A DNA stretch of 20,000 nt from an uncultured virus (IMG/VR IMGVR_UViG_3300017754_004896) (taxonomy: Duplodnaviria; Heunggongvirae; Uroviricota; Caudoviricetes): the IMG/VR virus record IMGVR_UViG_3300017754_004896. One strand, given 5' to 3'. Numbering within the stretch: position 1 is the stretch's first letter; each line of letters opens with the position of its first letter. A program made the translations under genes and the position numbers. Below are positions 1 to 8,182 of the stretch, in pieces. A model generated the notes under the pieces. It ran no database searches and was not told where the DNA came from. It saw only the letters and a program-made list of their open reading frames with translations.

Positions 1-151
1 GGGTCGATTGTCTCCGGGGTAGTCCACCTCAAGTAGCTCAAGCTAGGGCCCCGAGGGAGTGTCGTGAAATGAACGCCCGCAGGAAGCCGAAGGACATGGC
101 GACCTAACTTGGCTCGGATAGTTTCACGGCACCCCCTTGGGGCCCTTTTCC

Positions 152-160
152 TGATAGGAT
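152..160 (+). promoter_or_regulatory. Extended -10 promoter (TG-A-TAGGAT), probably giving a leaderless mRNA
   Basis: TGnTAnnnT match ending 6 nt before ATG 167; no Shine-Dalgarno upstream of the ATG. Confidence 0.55.
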
Positions 161-166
161 TCGACC

Positions 167-976
167 ATGCCGTTTCAACGCTACCAGGCTCCCGACCTGC
201 TCTCGCAGGATGCGCTCCCCCGAGTTATCCCCGCGCCCCCAGGGAGGGATGTGGCTCCGTTCATCAAGGAGCTTGCGCAGGAGATCCCAGCGGAATTGCA
301 GAAGCTGGGGACGTTGACTCCTTGGGCTGTGCGGGAGGGCGATATTCGCTGGGCTCAGGTGGTCCAACCGTCGTCCGTCAATATTGAGGTGTACGCGCTT
401 TCGGACGCGAAGATCCAGGAGCTGTACCGAGAGCACTACATGCTCGAGCTGCCCTATGTGGCAGCCGTGTTCGAGTACCCTCCGACGATAGGAGAGCTCC
501 AGCAAGCGTTCGAGAGCACCCTGTATGACCCTGTGGAGGTGACTGCTGTGTACTCCCAGGACGACAGAGCGGCCGTCCCTACGCCCGTGTACATGGTTTG
601 GCTTCACAAGGAGGAGGAAGTCACAGGCTCGAGGAAGCATCGGGGGAGTGTCGAGCAAGCCGCGCTCCGGCTGAAGGGTCGGCTGGTGTACGCGCAGCAG
701 GTGCCGGCGGCGCACACGACGAAGCGTGGGGCTCCTTCGGCTTCGTATGCGGAGGCCGGCAGCATGCATCGAGTAGCGCGGCAGGTGAAGGCTTTGCCGG
801 AGTCGTTGCCGGCAGCTTCGACCTTGCCCGCGTACCAGCCCGTTGCCGTTGGTGCGGATCCGCCAGCAGTCCCCGCAACACCTCCAACTACGGAGAAGTC
901 CTCGATGACTCCCTACTACTTGTTGGGAGGGGGTTTGGCGGCAGGGATACTCCTTTATATGGTGGTGCGCAAATGA
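167..976 (+). CDS. Hypothetical protein with Pro/Ala linker and C-terminal TM anchor (269 aa)
   Basis: Ends in YYLLGGGLAAGILLYMVVRK (TM plus basic tail); stop overlaps the next start (ATGA at 973-976). Confidence 0.85.
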   Translation: MPFQRYQAPDLLSQDALPRVIPAPPGRDVAPFIKELAQEIPAELQKLGTLTPWAVREGDIRWAQVVQPSSVNIEVYALSDAKIQELYREHYMLELPYVAAVFEYPPTIGELQQAFESTLYDPVEVTAVYSQDDRAAVPTPVYMVWLHKEEEVTGSRKHRGSVEQAALRLKGRLVYAQQVPAAHTTKRGAPSASYAEAGSMHRVARQVKALPESLPAASTLPAYQPVAVGADPPAVPATPPTTEKSSMTPYYLLGGGLAAGILLYMVVRK

Positions 977-1206
977 AGCTGAATCTTGAGCCGGATTACC
1001 TGAGCCTGGCGCAGCACGCATTTCCCCAGCTGCAAGCAACGGCAAACCAGTATGGGGGCCCTGTGGGCATCCTCGGAAAAGTTGTTGGACTCGGGGGAGA
1101 CGAAATCAAGCAAGGAGTCCCTTGGTGGGGCTGGATGAGCATAGGACTAGTCGGTGGTGTGGTGCTTGGGTACGCACTCCGTGATAAGATAAGCAAGGTG
1201 GTGTAA
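973..1206 (+). CDS. Small membrane protein (77 aa), C-terminal TM
   Basis: Start reassigned to ATG 973 (MKLNLEPD...) using the ATGA overlap; TM segment PWWGWMSIGLVGGVVLGYAL then RDK. Confidence 0.8.
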   Translation: MKLNLEPDYLSLAQHAFPQLQATANQYGGPVGILGKVVGLGGDEIKQGVPWWGWMSIGLVGGVVLGYALRDKISKVV

Positions 1207-1208
1207 TC

Positions 1209-2327
1209 ATGGCATTTTTCAGCAACCAGGGAGTGCCTTTCGCTCAGGCGGTAGGTTCCGTTGAATCGACAAGCAGGCCTCTAGGCCCTTTGACTGCATA
1301 CCGGGACGGTTCGTTGGGGTCGGATTGCCCTCCTTGTAACTGTGCGTCTGGCGGCGGTGGCGGTGACAGAGACGGCATGCAAGAGGAGGTAGATTCTCGG
1401 TTTGCTTTTGATACGCCTAAAGCGTGGCATGACGGGATTTTTCAGGCCCACGAAGGCGTGCCCGGGATGCTTCACGCGCATTCTTCCGGAACGGTAGGAG
1501 CCCCATCGGAAGCGCTCGGCCTTCCCCTTTACTTGAACGGGAGAGAGGTCACGATGCCTCTGACCATTCACCATGGCACGATGGGGCTAGGGGCCGACAC
1601 GTCTGCGGAAGATTTGACGCTAGATGTGAGTAAAGCTCCAGGATTGGCTGACCTCAAGAATTTGATCAGATTCTGGGTCGCGTCTCCGCTAGGTAAGAGC
1701 GTTGGACTAGATGCCAGCACTATTCCCGCTGATTGGGTCAATACACCTTGGAGCATCACTGATGGTATGTTGATTCAGACCATTCTGAATCGAAAGGCTG
1801 TCCCTTCTCCAGAGCAGCTGAAAATCAGCTCGTATGACACCCTGGTGGCGCCGAAGTTGACTGTGGGAGACCAGTTCTACCCATTGCCCCAGTTGATTTT
1901 CTACCTAGCCACTTCTCTTCGAGGAGCCGCTCCTGCTGCCTGGGAAGGGTATGCGAAGTCTTGGATCAGCCCATTTTTCAAGAACCTGATACCATTCTGG
2001 ACAGAGGCGTTTCAGCAAATGTCTAAGATGGTGTCGGCGGGCTCGACTCAGGATGCGCAAATTATGGCGGCGGGTTTGCGAGTATATCCGGAGTCCCTGA
2101 CCATCACTTGGCCAGACGGCACCGTGACCCGGGGTTCTGGAGTACTCAAGCAAGGGGCCACTACCGCGAAGGAAGCAGTGATTCCTCCCAGTGTGGTACC
2201 AGGCACCCCTGAGGCGAAGAAAGCCGCCGAGGCCGCGCCGACGACCAACTACATATTGTACGGGGGGCTCGCGGCGTTGGCTGTCGCTGGGCTCTACTTG
2301 ACGATGAAGGGGCCGTCCCGAAGGTAA
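1209..2327 (+). CDS. Hypothetical protein with C-terminal TM anchor (372 aa)
   Basis: Starts 2 nt after the previous stop; Gly-rich N-terminal region with CPPCNC; C-terminal YILYGGLAALAVAGLYLTMKGPSRR. Confidence 0.85.
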   Translation: MAFFSNQGVPFAQAVGSVESTSRPLGPLTAYRDGSLGSDCPPCNCASGGGGGDRDGMQEEVDSRFAFDTPKAWHDGIFQAHEGVPGMLHAHSSGTVGAPSEALGLPLYLNGREVTMPLTIHHGTMGLGADTSAEDLTLDVSKAPGLADLKNLIRFWVASPLGKSVGLDASTIPADWVNTPWSITDGMLIQTILNRKAVPSPEQLKISSYDTLVAPKLTVGDQFYPLPQLIFYLATSLRGAAPAAWEGYAKSWISPFFKNLIPFWTEAFQQMSKMVSAGSTQDAQIMAAGLRVYPESLTITWPDGTVTRGSGVLKQGATTAKEAVIPPSVVPGTPEAKKAAEAAPTTNYILYGGLAALAVAGLYLTMKGPSRR

Positions 2328-2329
2328 GC

Positions 2330-2914
2330 ATGAACTGGTGGCAGGATATCTTCGGGGCCTTGGGCGGCAATGTGCAGGCGATGCAGGATTCTGCCGCGCC
2401 TGCACAGGTGCGCGCCCAGGTAATGAAGTGGCTGGGTTACTTCTCAGCTAACTCTGTCATGGCCGCGGGACCGAATCTTCTCGACCCGCAGTCCTGTGAC
2501 TTTTGCTCGGAGTTAGGGTTGCTGGACTGTCAGGTTTGCGGCGCCAGGGTGTGCCTGGCGCATGCATTCGTGAGCCATCAAGCCCACGCTATTTGCCATG
2601 ATTGTGTCCGTGGAGTTACTGGCACCAAGGAAGAGCAGCGGAGAGCTCGAGCAGCTCAGCATCGGCAGCAGAAGGCAGAGCGGGCGACACGTAGGCCGGA
2701 TGCCGACGAGCAGTTGGTGGCGGCGTTGAAGGAACTCGGGCTGGAAAGAGGGGCCGCTTGGGAGGACGTGAAAGCGGCCCATCGGTATCTAGTGCTCAAA
2801 CATCATCCAGACAGAGCTAAGAGTCAGTCCGCCAAGGAAAAGGCGAACGAGAAGCTAACGAAGATCAATGCGGCTTACGCGCTGCTGAGGTCACATTACG
2901 AAAGGGCCGCATGA
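2330..2914 (+). CDS. Zn-finger plus C-terminal J-domain (DnaJ-domain) protein (194 aa)
   Basis: J-domain pattern LKELGL...WEDVKAAHRYLVLKHHPDR...KINAAYALL with intact HPD; Cys/His cluster CDFC-x7-CQVC-x4-CLAH...HAICHDC. Confidence 0.9.
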   Translation: MNWWQDIFGALGGNVQAMQDSAAPAQVRAQVMKWLGYFSANSVMAAGPNLLDPQSCDFCSELGLLDCQVCGARVCLAHAFVSHQAHAICHDCVRGVTGTKEEQRRARAAQHRQQKAERATRRPDADEQLVAALKELGLERGAAWEDVKAAHRYLVLKHHPDRAKSQSAKEKANEKLTKINAAYALLRSHYERAA

Positions 2915-3321
2915 TGGCAAAGCGAAGAAGGGCTCGAAGAGTCCGAAGGAATCCAGACAATACGACGACAGTGCTCTTGGTGGCCGGGGGCGCTATCGCA
3001 GCAGGGCTCGCCGTGTACTTCTTGACGAAGACAGAGAAGAAGGCGGAAGCACCGAAGCCAGTAACTCCGGTAACGCCCGTCACTCCCGTTCTTCCGGCTG
3101 TTCCGGGAATTCCTGCGGATTGCCAGACTAAGGCATCCGTGTTGATGTCAATTGCAGCGGAGAGGGCGAAAGCGCTTCCGAATTGTAAAGCGTCTGTAGA
3201 TGCTGCGGCTTTGTGCGATGCCCTCAAGGTAAAGTTCGATGCAGCTGTCTTGGACGTGCAGAAGAGCTGCCCCGGGTTGGACCTGACTAAGATTCCCGGA
3301 ATCCCTGGGTTGACGGCGTGA
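2911..3321 (+). CDS. Membrane protein with Arg-rich N-terminus, TM, (PVT)n linker and Cys-containing domain (136 aa)
   Basis: KRRRARRVRRNP, TM VLLVAGGAIAAGLAVYFL, PVTPVTPVTPV at 3058-3090, four Cys; ATGA overlap with the upstream gene. Confidence 0.85.
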   Translation: MMAKRRRARRVRRNPDNTTTVLLVAGGAIAAGLAVYFLTKTEKKAEAPKPVTPVTPVTPVLPAVPGIPADCQTKASVLMSIAAERAKALPNCKASVDAAALCDALKVKFDAAVLDVQKSCPGLDLTKIPGIPGLTA

Positions 3322-3328
3322 GGTAAAA

Positions 3329-3880
3329 ATGTCCTATCCTTTGATGCCCAGTGAGTCATACGCACAGTCAATAGGCCCGTATGCAACTCCTGGTTGGCAG
3401 TTTGCGCCAGTTCCAGGATGGGGCATTGACCCAGACTTTTCGGCCCGCTCTAGTGTTGTAGCGGTGGGGAGCGTGCCTCCTCGTGGAGATGGTATGTTGA
3501 CTACAATGAATGACCTAGTTCTTCCTCGGTACTCCCCGGTGCGGGCACAGGTCCCTACCTCAGACGCATTCGAGCACCTGACGCTGCAGCATGGGGGTGT
3601 GGAGCAGACCTCCACGCTGCCCATGAGCATGCAGATCAGCATGGCGGCGAAGAAGCCGGCGGCCCCCTACCAGCCGATTGCTCCGGCTTCTACCGCGCCC
3701 CGGTACGGGACGCGCACGTGGGAGTTGAAGCAGGGCGGATACTACCCCGTGGGTGCAGATCCGCAGCCCGTGCCTCCGGCGCAGCCGGCAGCACAGTACG
3801 GCATCGGGTACGTACTGCTCGCAGGGGCCGGTGGATTGCTCGTAGGTATGGGGCTGACTTACGCTTGGATGAGCAAGTAG
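3329..3880 (+). CDS. Pro-rich hypothetical protein with C-terminal TM anchor (183 aa)
   Basis: GAGGT Shine-Dalgarno just upstream; C-terminal YVLLAGAGGLLVGMGLTYAWMSK. Confidence 0.85.
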   Translation: MSYPLMPSESYAQSIGPYATPGWQFAPVPGWGIDPDFSARSSVVAVGSVPPRGDGMLTTMNDLVLPRYSPVRAQVPTSDAFEHLTLQHGGVEQTSTLPMSMQISMAAKKPAAPYQPIAPASTAPRYGTRTWELKQGGYYPVGADPQPVPPAQPAAQYGIGYVLLAGAGGLLVGMGLTYAWMSK

Positions 3881-3886
3881 GCCGCC

Positions 3887-4183
3887 ATGTATCGCGCGAG
3901 CTATCGGAGCCTGGGGGCCAGTAACGGCGATAAAGGGGCCGAGCTTCTCGTAGAGACGGCGCCCCCCGTTATCACGGCGTGCCCCCAGTGCTCAAGGCTG
4001 GAGGCGGGGAGCTGTGTCGTCTGCAAGCCCGGCGAGCAGCATCCGTCCTGTCAGGGCTGCAACGGGGGGGTACCGGAGAAGACGCCGTGGTATCAAACCC
4101 AGTTTGCGGCGACGGTAGGTGCGATGGTAGTGGCTTCGGTGCTGACCGCTATCATCGTGGAGAGAATCACGCGAAAACGTTGA
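3887..4183 (+). CDS. Small Cys-rich protein with C-terminal TM anchor (98 aa)
   Basis: Three CxxC motifs (CPQC, CVVC, CQGC); TM FAATVGAMVVASVLTAIIV then ERITRKR. Confidence 0.8.
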   Translation: MYRASYRSLGASNGDKGAELLVETAPPVITACPQCSRLEAGSCVVCKPGEQHPSCQGCNGGVPEKTPWYQTQFAATVGAMVVASVLTAIIVERITRKR

Positions 4184-4199
4184 AGTTTCTCGTCGGAAC

Positions 4200-4235
4200 T
4201 TGACTTCTGCGGGGTGCAAGTGGCACGTTAGTGCC
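4200..4235 (+). promoter_or_regulatory. Putative sigma70-type promoter overlapped by a short palindrome
   Basis: TTGACT (4200-4205), 18-nt spacer, TG-G-CACGTT (non-consensus -10); inverted repeat GGCAC-GTTA-GTGCC at 4222-4235; ATG at 4239 has no SD. Confidence 0.35.
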
Positions 4236-4238
4236 GCC

Positions 4239-4961
4239 ATGTCCAACGAGAAAACTACGCCCGCGGGGGAGCCTGCGGAATCTAAGGTCGTTCTGAGTAT
4301 CCCAGTTGCCAGCGGAACCCCTGCACCTGTGAAGGAAGAGGGGGTATCTTGGTCTGGCAACGTCGCACCGATGGTCATAATGAAGGGGGGCACGACAAGC
4401 TCGTCCTATGACCAGCTGATGCAAGCCAAGGAGGCCGACGCAAACCGGCGTCGAGATCATCAAGACACCGTCCGCAAGATGATTGAGGATGATGTGGACG
4501 CCGGGGGAGGCGTCGGAGGGTTCCACGAGCAGAAGCTAGTGACGCAGGAAACGCCCAAACTTCTGCTTCAGTACCTCAACCTCGACGGCTCTGTGTATCA
4601 GGAGTGCATCTCCGAGATAACAGGAGATTTCGATCCGTTTGGCAACAGTACTAACATGATGTTCACACTTGTCTGTCCTGACTGTGTGGCTCGTGGGTTG
4701 CCGCAGAGTGAATGTCAGATTATGGTTCGAGACAGTCACCGGAAGTGGTTCCTCGACGATAAAAAGAGAGGAATCGTGCCGGTTGAGACGCCGTGGGGCA
4801 CGCAGGTGTTGAACAGGGCGGGTACTGTTACCGTGCAAGATGTCGTCAAATGCTCGAACTACATGTGTACTTGGGCAGCCAATATTGACGACTCGAAAGT
4901 GAGGCGAGTGTCGAATAAGAAAGGCCGGCTACATCCCGCCAAGCCTTCGAGGGGGAGATGA
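4239..4961 (+). CDS. Hypothetical protein with probable Zn-binding C-terminal domain (240 aa)
   Basis: Start reassigned to ATG 4239; CPDC and CSNYMC pairs; ATGA overlap with the next gene. Confidence 0.75.
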   Translation: MSNEKTTPAGEPAESKVVLSIPVASGTPAPVKEEGVSWSGNVAPMVIMKGGTTSSSYDQLMQAKEADANRRRDHQDTVRKMIEDDVDAGGGVGGFHEQKLVTQETPKLLLQYLNLDGSVYQECISEITGDFDPFGNSTNMMFTLVCPDCVARGLPQSECQIMVRDSHRKWFLDDKKRGIVPVETPWGTQVLNRAGTVTVQDVVKCSNYMCTWAANIDDSKVRRVSNKKGRLHPAKPSRGR

Positions 4962-6319
4962 TGACAGAGCCGTTATCTGAGATTCCGGATCCAGGCGCGA
5001 GGGAGTTCCGGAAAGAAGACGACTACACGGCAAGGGGGGAAAAGGCTGGGTTACCTGTAGGTATTGTGTTTCGAGGCTATTGGAGGATTGCCGCGGACGG
5101 AGTTGCCAGGCACACTCGAGAGACAGTCAAAGCGCTCGTCAAAGCCGGCGTTCCTATTCACTTGCAATCTGTCACTGCAGGGAGCGGGATAGTAAACGAC
5201 GAGCTACCGGAAGATGTCAGGGCACTGGAGCACTTGACCCGGACCACGTTCGAGCGAAACGTACTCCGTATCCTGCAGGTCATTTGGACCAGGATCGACG
5301 GGCTGAAGCAGCAGGTGCTTCCCCCGAGCACGCCCTTTATCAGTGACGACCTGTTGAACTCGGTTCTTTCGAGGACCATCGTTTATACAGTTTGGGAGCG
5401 AGACCGCGTCGAGAAAGACGAAGTGGAGCTTCTGAACAAGTTGGGACAGGTGTGGGTTACTAACCAGGATACGAAGAAAGCGTTCCTGCGAAGCGGTGTG
5501 TTGGAGTCGAAGCTAAGAGTCGTTCCCTATTGTTACGACCCGGACGATTACCTGATTGACCCCGACCCCGAGCAGACAGACAGGCTCGAGTACTTCCGAG
5601 GCCCGTCGTGGCTTTCCTTTCCGAGAGCCGTTACCGGGGAGGTCCCCCCAGGCAGGCGCTTCTATCACATAGGGAAGTGGGAGATTCGCAAGGACCATCA
5701 CCGGATGATCGGGTGCTTCCTGAAGGCGTTCAAGCCAACGGAGGATGCGAGTCTGTTTATCAAGACCTCCCCATACCCAATGGGTACTAGCTATTCTTCG
5801 CCCGAAGAATCGGTAGCGTATTGGCTTTCAGACCCTACCGTGCAGAAGCAAGGGTGGACTACCGAGACCTTCCCAAAGCGGGTGAGGATTCTCCAGAAGA
5901 AGCTATCGGAGCGAGATATTCTGGAACTTCACCGAAAGAACAACATCTACCTGTCAATCGGGCACTGCGAGGGCTGGGATATCCCGGCTTTCGAGGCGAA
6001 GCAAGCAGGCAACAGACTAGTGTACACCGACTACGGGGGGCCGCCCGAGTTCGCCAGTGCCTCGGATATCGCGTTGCCGTGGAAGTTTGTGACGATTGAC
6101 CGTATCTATCAGTGGGATAAGGCTCAGTGGGCGCATGTAGACACGCACAAGATTATTGATGCTCTGCGGGCAGTGAAGCCACCCGAGAGGCGGATTCAAG
6201 AGCCGAGGTTGTATCGGACGTGTGGGAGAGTCCCTGCGGGCCTTCGCATGAAGCAGTACATTCAAGAGCTTCTTGCAGAGGTAGAGCCAGGGCTTGTACT
6301 GGACGGGAGCATGGGATGA
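4958..6319 (+). CDS. GT-B fold glycosyltransferase (GT4-like) (453 aa)
   Basis: FYHIGKWEIRKDH and EGWDIPAFEAKQAG (E-x7-E) motifs; TDYGGPPEF. Confidence 0.85.
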   Translation: MMTEPLSEIPDPGAREFRKEDDYTARGEKAGLPVGIVFRGYWRIAADGVARHTRETVKALVKAGVPIHLQSVTAGSGIVNDELPEDVRALEHLTRTTFERNVLRILQVIWTRIDGLKQQVLPPSTPFISDDLLNSVLSRTIVYTVWERDRVEKDEVELLNKLGQVWVTNQDTKKAFLRSGVLESKLRVVPYCYDPDDYLIDPDPEQTDRLEYFRGPSWLSFPRAVTGEVPPGRRFYHIGKWEIRKDHHRMIGCFLKAFKPTEDASLFIKTSPYPMGTSYSSPEESVAYWLSDPTVQKQGWTTETFPKRVRILQKKLSERDILELHRKNNIYLSIGHCEGWDIPAFEAKQAGNRLVYTDYGGPPEFASASDIALPWKFVTIDRIYQWDKAQWAHVDTHKIIDALRAVKPPERRIQEPRLYRTCGRVPAGLRMKQYIQELLAEVEPGLVLDGSMG

Positions 6320-7383
6320 TTCGGTTATACTCGAAGAAGCACAGGGGCTCGTTTGATATCGTAGAGCTCGGGTTGATACGAGCTTTGAGGGCGAGTGACA
6401 ACCTTGCGGGCATCGTTGACCTAGACAAGGACGAGCCCGACCCTGGAGTCACTGCGAAGCGCGCTATTGTTGTCAGCAACCCGTTCTTGACGCAGTTGGC
6501 ACACCTGCGAGGGATCCATGAAGAGGTTTGGCTCGTTCTAGCCCCCAACAGCGAGGGAGTATCCCCCAACGTCCGGGAGTTACTGAGCGAGGAAATCTAT
6601 TCGGTGGCGAAGGGGAAAGCAGTACCGCTAGTTCAAGGGCTTTTCAGCCCCTCGAAGTGGGGAGAGCAAGTTTTGAAACGCACCTTCCCAACGATCCCCG
6701 TAAGACTTCTTAGGCACGGTGTGCTGAAAGAGTTCTTCTGTGACGTGCTGCAAAGGGACAAGGTCAGAAAGTCTTTCACCAACGAAGGCAAGTTCATTGT
6801 TCTGCACTCGACGAGTACCTTCAGCGACAGGAAGGGCACGAAAGAGCTGCTGGAAGCCTGGGCAGGATTCCAGAGGAAGGTGCCGTCTGCGGAGCTCTAC
6901 ATCGCTTGTCAGCCAGGCTTGTGGATGCAATTTCAGCAGCTAGCCGCCAAGTTTGGGGCGAAGAACGTCCACATGCAGAAGTTCTTCGGGACGCTGCTTG
7001 AGCCGTGGGCGCGGGTGCTGGGCGGAGTACATGCGGTCGTCCAGCCGTCGCGCGGAGAAGGCTTCGGGCTCGTTCCCCTGGAGGCGAGGGCTACAGGAAC
7101 CCCCATCGTAGCTACTGATTGCACAGGGCACTCGGAGCATGTGACGGTAGAGGATGGAGTTGTCGTGGTACCAACGCATGAGCTTTCGGATATCAACGAT
7201 TATCCGAGGGCGAGGGCTCCAAGTCTGGAGGCCAAGGACATCGAATCGAGCCTGTGTGCTCTGTACGATACTTACTTGAAGCACCATGATGCAGCGGTCG
7301 AACGGGCGCCCTTCCTTCTTCGGGATTGGGCTTGGGAAAAGGTCGTCAACGAGGATTTGGAGTCAGCAGGATGGAGAAAATAA
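6316..7383 (+). CDS. GT-B fold glycosyltransferase (GT4) (355 aa)
   Basis: Start reassigned to ATG 6316 (ATGA overlap); DRKGTKELLEAW and PSRGEGFGLVPLEARATGTPIVATD motifs. Confidence 0.9.
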   Translation: MIRLYSKKHRGSFDIVELGLIRALRASDNLAGIVDLDKDEPDPGVTAKRAIVVSNPFLTQLAHLRGIHEEVWLVLAPNSEGVSPNVRELLSEEIYSVAKGKAVPLVQGLFSPSKWGEQVLKRTFPTIPVRLLRHGVLKEFFCDVLQRDKVRKSFTNEGKFIVLHSTSTFSDRKGTKELLEAWAGFQRKVPSAELYIACQPGLWMQFQQLAAKFGAKNVHMQKFFGTLLEPWARVLGGVHAVVQPSRGEGFGLVPLEARATGTPIVATDCTGHSEHVTVEDGVVVVPTHELSDINDYPRARAPSLEAKDIESSLCALYDTYLKHHDAAVERAPFLLRDWAWEKVVNEDLESAGWRK

Positions 7384-7715
7384 CCCCGCAAGTTGAGCCC
7401 CAGGTGCCAGCTGCACCCCCTGTGCCGGAGGTCGCACCTGTAGTGCCCAGCCATTGGATGGACTACGACGGGGCCGCGGTTCTCGTTCAGCTCCGGCGGC
7501 CCATGCTGCTCGTGAGCTATCCAAACCAGGCAATCGAGCAAGACGGTGAGCTCGCTAAGACAGAGTACCTGCGGGGGATTTGTTCGGTGAGGGGCCCTGA
7601 CCTGCATCGGAATATCACCGTGATCACGCAGGACCCCTTTCAGCAGGGGCTGGTCGTTACGACGCTGATCCCTGTGGACCTGATCGCGTATATCTCGAAG
7701 GTGGATGCGCGCTAG
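7371..7715 (+). CDS. Hypothetical beta-rich protein (114 aa), possibly Sm/LSm-like fold
   Basis: Start ATG 7371 with GGAG upstream; Pro-rich N-terminus; stop overlaps the convergent gene's stop (CTAG 7712-7715). The fold is a pattern guess. Confidence 0.7.
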   Translation: MEKITPQVEPQVPAAPPVPEVAPVVPSHWMDYDGAAVLVQLRRPMLLVSYPNQAIEQDGELAKTEYLRGICSVRGPDLHRNITVITQDPFQQGLVVTTLIPVDLIAYISKVDAR

Positions 7716-8161
7716 GAAGCGTCGCCATCTTCGATGGACCGGAGGAATCTCATGAAGTGAGGGTTCGCAAGGGCCCTCACTCCGTACCGGTCTTTCCGCA
7801 GTCTCCGGACATGAGCTATGATATATCGCATCGACATGCCGGAGACTCGGAAGATAGCGAGAGCCGTCACGAGGGCGGAGCGGTTCCTCCCTAGATGGCA
7901 AGTGATGAGGATGGTTCGGCCCCTCTCCCACTCACGTTTGACCGCTTCCGCCGCCAGAACAGCCAGCGAGCAGTTCTCCGGGGATTCGTCGTCGGTCATG
8001 GGCGCATGGATCACGCAATCCAGGCCAGGGAACATCTCGAAGGGCGGCTGGTATTCCTCGGCGCAGAGCACGAGGGTGTGGAAGCCGGCATCCGCGAGCC
8101 CCCTTCCCGTTTTGGGTGCGGAACCTATCCAGATTCGGGGGTAGAGGTTGGTTATGTCCAT
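7712..8161 (-). CDS. Dual-specificity / protein-tyrosine phosphatase family protein (~149 aa)
   Basis: Cx5R P-loop TCHLGRNRSA; IWIGS N-terminal strand; acidic loop PMTDD; C-terminal NPHF. Start is ATG 8161 or GTG 8164. Confidence 0.9.
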   Translation of the reverse strand: MDITNLYPRIWIGSAPKTGRGLADAGFHTLVLCAEEYQPPFEMFPGLDCVIHAPMTDDESPENCSLAVLAAEAVKREWERGRTILITCHLGRNRSALVTALAIFRVSGMSMRYIIAHVRRLRKDRYGVRALANPHFMRFLRSIEDGDAS

Positions 8162-8172
8162 CACGACGTTGA

Positions 8173-8182
8173 ATGCTAACAT
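8173..8182. promoter_or_regulatory. Putative bidirectional extended -10 element ATGCTAACAT
   Basis: Reads TG-C-TAACAT on + and TG-T-TAGCAT on -, between divergent genes whose candidate starts are only 19 bp apart. Confidence 0.5.

Noticed and set aside
1..107. Possible 3' end of an upstream gene (frame from 3 to TAA at 105-107)
   Set aside because: Only 34 codons are visible, there is a competing open frame on the minus strand, and no motif supports either.
104..1206. Long alternative ORFs 104-1045(-), 109-387(+) and the 598-972 extension
   Set aside because: Shadow frames of gene 167-976 with Arg/Ser/Gly-biased composition; the true start at 973 is supported by the ATGA overlap.
4221..4235. 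Sigma-54 promoter (TGGCACG...TGC)
   Set aside because: GG-to-GC spacing is 9 nt rather than the required 10; better read as a short palindrome.
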